DNA of 64,000 bases, from contig CAVUBA010000007.1 in assembly GCA_963739595.1 (NCBI GenBank), positions 39,899 to 103,898 of the forward strand, written 5' to 3'. The stretch comes from an uncultured Thermoleophilia bacterium. GTDB taxonomy: Bacteria > Actinomycetota > Thermoleophilia > UBA2241. The notes under the pieces are model-generated. The model saw nothing but the letters and a program-made list of their open reading frames with translations. It was not told the DNA's origin and ran no database searches. Shown in pieces: positions 56,419-64,000 of this stretch. Made by a program: the position numbers and the translations under genes. Positions within the stretch are counted from its first letter, which is position 1. The number at the start of each line of letters is the position of its first letter.

Positions 56419-57664
56419 TCAGTTGGCCGCGACGGTCTCCTTGCGGAAGGTCGGCATGTTGCGCACGCCCATCTCGGCGATGAACGCGTCGCGCACCTCG
56501 CGCGGTGAGCTCCTCCGGGCAGACCATGCCCTTCTGGGCGATCTTGTCCTCGACGATGAACTCGGCGTAGATGCTCGCCGGGGTGCTGGTGCCGTAGCTG
56601 ACGCAGGTGGCGCCGGGGATCCGGCCGTTGACCCACTTGATGTCCGGCGGGAAGACGTAGTAGCCGATGCTGGCGGGCTTGCCGTCCTTCTCGCCGATGC
56701 AGTCGACGGTGACGACGCCGTAGTCGGTGATCTCGCCGGCGAGGGCGAGCCTGGCCAGCTCGTCGGCCGGCGGGTTGGGCGCCAGTGTGGCGACGAACAC
56801 GTCGATCGGCCGCACCTCGCTGCCGTCCTTGAGCTTGACCGGGTACTTGCTGGTCATGCCGGAGCCGACGAGGGCGAGGTCGGCGTCGATGCCGCTGCCG
56901 TCCGCGTCGCCGCCCATCTTGAAGTCGACGTAGCGGAGGCCCTTGTCGCCGAGCGCCTTGGGGAGCAGGCGCGGCAGCGTGGTGACCTCTTCGTGGTCGT
57001 GGCAGATGACGGTGCCGAGGCCGAACGGCTCGGGGAACTCGTACTTCTCGCGGCGGCCGAAGATCTCCACGCGCTTGAACTCGCCGTCCTCGTAGAGCAG
57101 CGGCGGCTGCGAGCAGTCGGTGTAGTAGGTCTCCTGCGACCACACCTGGAGCGGCACCGGCGAGTCGAACAGGGCGAAGTCCTTGATGCGGATCTCGAAG
57201 CACTTGTCGAGGTCCTCGTAGCCGTTGGCGGCGAAGGTGTTGGTGACGCCCGGGTCCATGCCCGTGCTGAGCAGCGCCAGCTGGCCCTGCTTCTCGAACT
57301 CCGGGGCCAGCGTCATCTGGTCGAGGTAGGCCTCGTCGATGGTCTGCGTGCGCGTCTGGCCCTGAGCCATGTCGATGTAGGCGGCGCCGCACTTGAGGCA
57401 CGCGGTCATGATCGACTTGTTGAACTCGGGGATGACGGCGTTGACGATGAGCTTGCAGCCCTCGCCGGCTTTGGCGACGGCGTCGCTGTCGGAGGCGTTG
57501 ATGAACGTGGACAGCGCCTTGCCGTTGCCGACCTGGCCGGCGACGAACGCGGCGCGCTCCTCGTCGTAGTCGGCGACGATGATCTCGGTGACGGCCGGAT
57601 TGCGGCCCAGGTTCCAGGTGAGGACCTGGCCCTGCATGCCGGCGCCGACGATAAGGACCTTCAT
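56419..57664 (-). CDS. Saccharopine dehydrogenase / carboxy(nor)spermidine dehydrogenase family; frameshift near 56500
   Basis: IVGAGMQG, YIDMA, GMDPGVTN, HEEV, G...PEE; true end ..RKETVAAN*. Confidence 0.82.
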
Positions 57665-58012
57665 GGTGTTCTCCCTCCTCGAGACCGCGCCCGAGAGGGC
57701 GCGGACGACTGCCTTTCACAGGTCCGGTTCTACCACGCGAACGGAGGAGAGACAAGCGTCGCGAAGACGATTATCGCAGAATCAGCTCATTCGATGTCCG
57801 GAAGTCGCGTCACTGCTGGCGATTGAGCGTGTATTCGCGGTCCCGAGGAGCCGCGGCCGAGCAGGCTCGGTGCCCAGCTCCGCTTGGCTCGCTGCGCGGG
57901 TCCGGTGCGGAGCTCCGCTGCGGAACCTCGGGCTCGGCCGCCTGCGTGCGCACGAGTATACGACCGGCGTGGTAGAACAAAGGAGGAGTGACCACGACGC
58001 GGAGGCGATGAC

Positions 58013-58381
58013 GTGCACGAGCTTGGCATCACGCAGGGGATCATCGACAGGGCCCGCGAGACTGCGGTCGCCAACGGCGCCCGCGCGGTCACGGGCCTCT
58101 ACCTGGTGATGACCCCCGCCGCCGACTTCACCCAGGACTCCATCGAGATGTACTTCGAGATGCTCACGAGTGAGGACGAGTTCTTCAAGGGCGCCAAGCT
58201 GCACTTCGAGCACCGGCCGGTCGCCGCGACCTGCCTGAGCTGCAGCGACGAGTTCAGCACCGACGCGCCGCAGCCGATCTGCCCGCAGTGCGGCTCGCTG
58301 CTGGTCCAGCTCGACCCGGAGGCGCCGATGGTGCAGCTCACCGACGTCGACATCGACGACGGACCGGACGAGTCCGCCTGA
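58013..58381 (+). CDS. hypA: HypA/HybF-family nickel metallochaperone
   Basis: N-terminal MHE nickel motif, CLSC and CPQCGS zinc pairs. Confidence 0.88.
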   Translation: MHELGITQGIIDRARETAVANGARAVTGLYLVMTPAADFTQDSIEMYFEMLTSEDEFFKGAKLHFEHRPVAATCLSCSDEFSTDAPQPICPQCGSLLVQLDPEAPMVQLTDVDIDDGPDESA

Positions 58382-58417
58382 CGACGCGGCGCGAGACCGG
58401 TGGAGAAGAGGAAGAAG

Positions 58418-58493
58418 TGGTGGAGCATAGCGGAATCGAACCGCTGACCTCCTGGGTGCGATCCAGGCGCTCTCCCAGCTGAGCTAATGCCCC
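58418..58493 (-). tRNA. tRNA-Ala (anticodon CGC)
   Basis: GGGGCATTAGCTCAGCTGGGAGAGCG CCTGG-ATCGCAC-CCAGG AGGTCAGCGGTTCGATTCCGCTATGCTCCACCA; 76 nt, G3:U70, encoded CCA. Confidence 0.96.
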
Positions 58494-58562
58494 ACGCAGG
58501 TCCGGGACGTCCCGGGACAACGTAGTATGCGGCATTCCCAGGGCTCGGGCAAGTCAGTCGCC

Positions 58563-59514
58563 TCACGGCTGCGGCGGCGACTCCGGAGGCGGCGGCGCAG
58601 CCGGCGGCCCGGGCGGCGGAGAGGCCGGGGACTGCGGCGCCGGGGGCTGCGGTGGCGGCGTCTGGGGAGCGGGCGGCGGCGTCGCCGGCGCCTCCGGCCA
58701 CGTGGCCGTCATCGGCGGCGGCGGCGGCGGCACGGCTCCGGATGCGCCGGCTCCTCCAGCCGAGAGCGACGGGCTCATCGAGAACGGCGGGTAGCGGTCG
58801 ACGAGCCCCAGCGCGTAGGCGGTCACGCGCGTGTACCAGCGCACGTAGCCGGCCTCGATGTCCCACATGCCGCGAGGGAAGCGCGCCACGAAGAGGATCA
58901 CCCACTGCACGACGATCCACAGCACGAACACGGCGATGCCGACGAAGGCGAGGACGATGTAGTGCGGGATCGCGGCCAGCTGCCGCAGCAGCGAGGCCGC
59001 TGCCGCCGAACGACGGGACGTTGAACTGGTAGCTCGTGGTGCCGTTCTGAGAGGTCGAGGTGAACGTGTCTGCGTGGCCGATCAGCCAGACGGCGAACCA
59101 GATGCCGCCGGCGATCGCGAGCACCTGGACGATGATGGTGAAGACGGCGTAGGCGCGGCTGGGCTCCGCCGGCCGCTCCACGACGACGTCGACGGGGTAG
59201 TCGTCGATCGGCCGGAGGCTGAACGGCGGGTAGCGGTCGTTGACGGAGAGGATGAACGCCGTCACCCTCGTCTGCCAGCGCAGCACGCCGGTCACGAACT
59301 CGTGCATGCCCGCGGGATACTCGCCCTTGAACGCCACGACGAACTGGGCGATGAAGGCGACGATCCACTGGGCGATCCCGAGGAAGATCAGGATGATGAC
59401 GTGCGGGATGAGGGCGAAGAACTTGATCCAGAAGATCGTCAGTACGGCCCAGAGGCGGGAGCTCCGCTCCGGGTAGTCCGCACGGACGTCTGCCGGGTAG
59501 TCGATGGGTTCCAT
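58563..59514 (-). CDS. DUF4389 tandem-domain membrane protein with Pro-rich tail; frameshift near 58990
   Basis: Two repeats of IPH..IL...G..RW..RVTA....DRYPPFS. Confidence 0.82.
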
Positions 59515-59545
59515 TGAGGTCATCTCCTGGTGGTGGACTTGCCTG

Positions 59546-60606
59546 TCAGCTCCCAAGCAGTGTTCGCAGCCGCGCCGCCATCTCCTCGGGCGCGGCGAAC
59601 ATGAGCTCGCCGCCGAGCTGCTTCTGCAGGAAGTAGTCGTCCGTGCGGTAGTCCTGCTTGAAGGCCGTGCGGGCGATCACGCGCAGGACCACCGGGAACC
59701 CGGTCTCGCGGCCGTCGAGCGCGCCGCCGAAGACGGTGAAGTTGAACGCCGAGAGGCCCTCGGACTCGTACCAGGCCAGGACCTTGGAGAGGCCCGCCGA
59801 GAGCGCGGCGACCTGGGGGGCGCCGAGCTGCGAGAGCCGCTCGGCGCCGGGCACCACTGCGATCGCCTCGCGGGCGCCGGCCGGCGCGAACGGCGACCAG
59901 CCAGTGGACGCCGTCCGCACTGCCAGATGGCGCGGTCGCCGGTCGTCTCCTCTTGCGCGACGAGCGTGTCCCAGTAGCTCGCGCCGTGCGCCGCCTTCCA
60001 CTCGGCGGAGCGGCGCCAGTAGAGCTCGACCTGCCAGGGCACGGTCTCGCCGCCGAACACCTGCAGGTGCGGATGCGCGAGGCTGGCCCCGGCCGGAAGC
60101 ATGTGGTTGCAGCTCACCTGCAGGTGCGTCATCCGGGGGTAGAAGCGCTCGGCGCGGCCGGCGAAGTCGAACGCCGCGCCGAGCGCCTCCTCCAGCAGCT
60201 CCGGGGTGAACTGGCTCGGCCGCAGGTAGTGCCTCTCGGGGAACGTGACGACGGCGTGGACGGCGGCGAGCGGGAAGAGGTTGGGGAACACGAGCGCGCC
60301 GCCGTGCTCGAGCCGGCCGCCGGGCAGGAGTTCCTCCGGGTACCGCGGCGTCGCCTCGAGCACCTTCTCGGGGCAGAAGAAGCAGCCCTCGCGGGTGCGC
60401 GCGGCCAAGGCCTCCGCGTAGTCCCAGTCGGTCTTGCCGAGGAACATCTCTTCCTTGGCCTCGAGGCCGGCGGAGGCGACGGCGGTCATGCCGGTGAGCG
60501 GGTCGGTGCGCACCTCGACGCGGTCCTCGGCGAACTCCATCCCCGCCAGCGGGCTGAAGAACCCGGCGGTCTCGGTGCGACGCTCGAACTGGATGGCGTC
60601 CGTCAT
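59546..60606 (-). CDS. GalT-like HIT-superfamily nucleotidyltransferase; frameshift near 59920
   Basis: RTDPLTG, CFFCP, FPNLFP, NH..PAGASLAHPHLQ, PEEMA. Confidence 0.8.
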
Positions 60607-60789
60607 GACCCGTCTCCTCTCGTCGTCCCGCGTGCCCCCTCCGGGCCTGTGGGCGGCCCGATGATACGGCCGCCCTCCGGACCCGACAAGGTAGACGCCG
60701 CGCCGCGCGGGCCCTTCTCGCGACCTCGCCGCGACCGGCCCATGACATAGACTGAGGGCACCTCGCTCACGACCCGCGGAGCGTCACAG

Positions 60790-61923
60790 ATGAAGATCAC
60801 CGCCGTGCACGTCGACACGCTCGAGCTGACCATGGAGGAGCCCTTCGTGATCGCCTCGTCGGCCATGGCCTACGGCCCCTGCGACCTGGTCCGCGTGGAG
60901 ACCGACGAGGGCGTCACGGGCATCGGCGAGGCGTGCCCGGCCTACGAGTTCACCGGCGAGACGCTGTGGTCGGTCGCGGATGTGATCGGGGAGTACCTCG
61001 GGCCGGCGGTGATCGGCAGGGACCCCTTCGACCTCGAGGCGATCCACCACGTCTGGGACCGGGAGCTGTACACGGTCGGCAACCAGGCGGCCAGGGCCGC
61101 CGTGGAGATGGCGCTCTGGGACATCCAGGGCAAGGCGCTGGGCAAGCCGCTCTGCGATCTCATCGGCGGCCGCGCCCGGCCGGGGCTCCAGGAGGTCGTG
61201 GCGTTCGGCTGGGACGACCCCGAGGCCCTGGCGGCGGACACGCTCGCGATGAAGGACCTCGGCGTCCACATCTTCAAGATCAAGGTGGGCGACTCGCCGG
61301 AGCGGGACGAGCAGCGAGTCGCCGCCGTGCGCGAGGCCGCAGGCCCAGGCGCGCGCATCACCGTCGACGCCAACCAGGGCTGGTGGGACGCCAAGACGGC
61401 GGTCCGCGCCATCAAGCTGCTCGAGCGCCACAACATCGAGTTCGCCGAGCAGCCGGTGCGCATGGACGACCTCGAGGCGGCGCGCTTCGTGCGCGAGCAC
61501 GTGGACGTGCCCATCGCGCTCGACGAGAGCGTGCGCGGCCCGCGCGAGGCGCTCGCGTGCGCCAAGGCAGGCGCTTGCGACATGTTCGTGGTCAAGCTGA
61601 TGAAGACCGGCGGCATCCTGAACGCCCTCAAGGTCAACGCGATCGCCGAGGCGGCCGGCATCACCGTGATGGTGGGCAACATGGGCGAGAGCTCGGTCGC
61701 GATGTCGGCGCACTTCCACGTCAACATCGCGCTGGCCAACGCCGTCCACGGCGACGCCGACCTGCCCTGGCGGCCGGGCGCCCTGGAGCACGACCTCGGG
61801 CGCGGCATCAGGCAGGAAGTGGTGGACGGCGTCTCGTGGATCGACGTGCCGGCCGGGCCGGGTCTCGGCATCGAGCTCATCGAGGAGAACGTCGAGCTGC
61901 AGCGGGTCGAGCGTCGCTGGTGA
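60790..61923 (+). CDS. Enolase-superfamily dipeptide epimerase / muconate cycloisomerase-like
   Basis: ALWDIQGK, FKIKVG, DANQG, EQP, LDES, KLMKTGG, GPGLGI. Confidence 0.88.
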   Translation: MKITAVHVDTLELTMEEPFVIASSAMAYGPCDLVRVETDEGVTGIGEACPAYEFTGETLWSVADVIGEYLGPAVIGRDPFDLEAIHHVWDRELYTVGNQAARAAVEMALWDIQGKALGKPLCDLIGGRARPGLQEVVAFGWDDPEALAADTLAMKDLGVHIFKIKVGDSPERDEQRVAAVREAAGPGARITVDANQGWWDAKTAVRAIKLLERHNIEFAEQPVRMDDLEAARFVREHVDVPIALDESVRGPREALACAKAGACDMFVVKLMKTGGILNALKVNAIAEAAGITVMVGNMGESSVAMSAHFHVNIALANAVHGDADLPWRPGALEHDLGRGIRQEVVDGVSWIDVPAGPGLGIELIEENVELQRVERRW

Positions 61924-61930
61924 CGGCCTG

Positions 61931-62838
61931 ATGGAGCCGGAAGAACTCAGGAGACTGTGGGATGCGGCGGGCGGCGGAGGGTCCGCTCCGCGAGGCGCCG
62001 GCCTGCTCGGCCTGCACATCGTCGACGACCCGGCGGCGCTCGCCGGCATGGCGCTGGCCGTCCTCGGGCTGCCGCTCGACGATGCCGGCGACGGCCCGGC
62101 GGACGTGCGGCGCGCGTCGCTGCGGTACGCGGACTGGCTGCCGGCGCTGGCCGGCGGGTTCCGGGCCGCGGACTACGGCGACGTGGAGGTCGTCACGGAC
62201 GATCCGGCGGTCGCCTTCATGCAGGCGCACGAGCGGCTGGCCGACATCGTCGCCGCCGGCGCGGCTCCACTGGTGCTCGGCGGCGATGCGCTCGTCAGCG
62301 TGCCGGTGCTGCAGGTGCTCACCGGCAAGCTCCAGCGGCCGGCTCGGCGTGGTCGCCTTCACGCCGGCCTACGACATAGCTCCCGAGCCACTGTACGCGC
62401 CGTCGTCACGCTGGGCGCGGGCGCTCGAGCTCGGCGTGGTCTCGCCGGCGAACCTGGCGCTCGTCGGCGGACGGACGGCTCCCTCGGACGGGCCCGCCCG
62501 TCGCGTGCTCGACGGCCTCGGCGCCACCACCTTCTCGCTCGAGGACGTCCTGCGCGACGGCATGGCCACCATCGCGCAGGAGGCGCTCGAGACGGCCGCC
62601 TCCGGGACCGAGGCCGTGTACCTCTCGGTCGACCTCGCCGTCCTCGCCGGTATCGGCGATCCCGTAGGGCTCGAGGCGAGAGAGCTCGCCACCGGCGTCG
62701 CCACCGTGTCGAGCGCGCTGCTCGCGGCGGCGGATGTCTGCGCCCCTCGGGCGACGCCCGGATCGGCGGCGGGTGTCGCCGCCGCGCGCCCGCGTCGCCG
62801 CGGAGATCATCGCCGGCGTGGCTCGCCGGCTCGCCTGA
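61931..62838 (+). CDS. Arginase/agmatinase-fold protein lacking metal ligands; frameshifts near 62335 and 62790
   Basis: GPADVRRAS, DYGDV, PLVLGGD(A), LGVVAFTPAYD, VYLSVDLAVL. GGDH, DAHxD and DxD are degenerate. Confidence 0.72.
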
Positions 62839-62866
62839 GACACCATCGCGCCCGCAAGGAGGAACC

Positions 62867-63961
62867 GTGGAGCAGCACAGCTCATCCACCCCCGTCGTGA
62901 ACGCCTTCAACGAGTGGGACCCTCTCGAGGAGATCGTCGTCGGGCGCGTGGACGAGAACACCCTGGTGCCGCCGTGGGACGTCATCATGCCCGCCGTGGT
63001 CCACGACAAGACGCAGTGGGACTTCTTCAAGCAGCACGGCGGCACGCCGTGGCCGGTCGAGATGCTGAAGAAGGCGGAGCGCGACCTGGACGCCTTCATC
63101 GACGTCCTCCAGCAGGCGGGCGTCACGGTGCGGCAGCCCGAGCCGTATCCGTATGAGCGTCCGCTCGCCTCGCCCGACTGGGAGGTCGCGAGCAGCTGCT
63201 ACGCGCTCATGCCGCGCGACGTGCTGTTCGTGATCGGCGACCAGATCATCGAGGCCCCGATGGGCTGGAGGACCCGGTCGACGGAGCGGCTCGCGTACCG
63301 CGAGCTCTGCAAGGAGTACTTCCGCGGCGGCGCCCGCTGGGTCGCCGCGCCGCCGCCGCGTCTCTCGGACGCGAGCTACACGCCGGGGTTCGTGGCCCCT
63401 GAAGAGGACGAACCCCAGCGGTTCCTGCCCACGGAGTACGAGCCGATGTTCGACGCGGCCGACGCCATCAAGTGCGGCCGCGACGTCTTCATCGCCCGAT
63501 CGAGCTGCTGCAACCGCTTCGGCATCGAGTGGCTGCAGCGCCACCTCGGCGACGAGTACGCGGTGCACGAGATCGAGGTCCACGACACCCACCCGATGCA
63601 CATCGACGCGACGTTCCAGCCGCTCGCACCGGGCAAGCTCCTCATCAACCCCGAGAGGGTCGTGAAGGTGCCGGAGATGTTCGAGAAGTCAGGCTGGGAT
63701 GTCCTGGTCTGTCCCGAGCCGGAGATGCCCGAGTCACACCCGATGTACAACTGCAGCCGCTGGATCATGATGAACGTCGTCATGCTCGACGAGAAGCGGG
63801 TCGTCGTCTCGGCCGGCGAGAAGCGCTTCGTGCGGCGACTCAAGGAGTGGGGTTTCGAGCCGATCGAGTGCCCCTTCTGGGATTTCGAGACGATCGGCGG
63901 CGGGTTTCACTGCGCCAGCGTCGATATCCGGCGCCGCGGAACGCTCAGGTCGTACTTCTGA
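62867..63961 (+). CDS. Glycine amidinotransferase / inosamine-phosphate amidinotransferase family
   Basis: NEWDPLEEIVVG, MPRD, FDAAD, GIEWLQRH, MHIDAT, GGGFHCAS (catalytic Cys). GGAGG RBS. Confidence 0.9.
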   Translation: MEQHSSSTPVVNAFNEWDPLEEIVVGRVDENTLVPPWDVIMPAVVHDKTQWDFFKQHGGTPWPVEMLKKAERDLDAFIDVLQQAGVTVRQPEPYPYERPLASPDWEVASSCYALMPRDVLFVIGDQIIEAPMGWRTRSTERLAYRELCKEYFRGGARWVAAPPPRLSDASYTPGFVAPEEDEPQRFLPTEYEPMFDAADAIKCGRDVFIARSSCCNRFGIEWLQRHLGDEYAVHEIEVHDTHPMHIDATFQPLAPGKLLINPERVVKVPEMFEKSGWDVLVCPEPEMPESHPMYNCSRWIMMNVVMLDEKRVVVSAGEKRFVRRLKEWGFEPIECPFWDFETIGGGFHCASVDIRRRGTLRSYF

Positions 63962-64000
63962 GCAGGGATTCTTGCGTCTTCCCGGCGGGTGTGGGTACGC

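Noticed and set aside
58418-58493. tRNA as tRNA-Pyl
   Set aside because: Anticodon CGC, G3:U70 and a canonical 76-nt cloverleaf identify tRNA-Ala.
58563-58760. GGC/CCG-rich repeat-like tract
   Set aside because: It encodes the proline-rich tail of the DUF4389 protein; not a DNA repeat element.
61931-63961. Arginase-amidinotransferase fusion (676 aa)
   Set aside because: Frameshift artefact; the arginase-like gene ends at TGA 62836-62838 and the amidinotransferase has its own RBS and GTG at 62867.

Overview
This is a very GC-rich bacterial chromosome segment. It is probably from an anaerobic Actinomycetota lineage such as Thermoleophilia or relatives; that is an inference from gene order and content. 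Single-base indels break even essential genes (gyrA, trpS), which indicates long-read errors rather than pseudogenes. The left 25 kb is a corrinoid-dependent demethylation region with seven MttB-superfamily methyltransferase paralogues, a cognate corrinoid protein (MttC-like) and a RamA/RACo-type activator. It also holds lysine 2,3-aminomutase, agmatine deiminase, a putrescine/ornithine carbamoyltransferase, a class III aminotransferase and ABC transporters. The key observation is the mttB at 14471-15939. It has an in-frame TAG (15452-15454, codon 328, FVAGL-TAG-ADSK) exactly at the canonical pyrrolysine position and continues in frame with conserved MttB sequence, implying pyrrolysine decoding. 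No pyl genes are in this window. The centre holds a TPP-riboswitch-controlled thiT-thiN operon whose riboswitch has an unusual 35-nt two-hairpin insertion. It also holds the replication origin: DnaA-box clusters, an HATPase/HTH gene, then dnaA-dnaN-S4-recF-dciA-gyrB-gyrA. The right part has a glycine-riboswitch operon (aminotransferase, a GcvT-SHMT fusion, a methyltransferase), trpS and tRNA-Ala(CGC). It also has guanidino/amide-metabolism genes: DDAH-like, amidinotransferase, a ureohydrolase lacking metal ligands and an orphan HypA.
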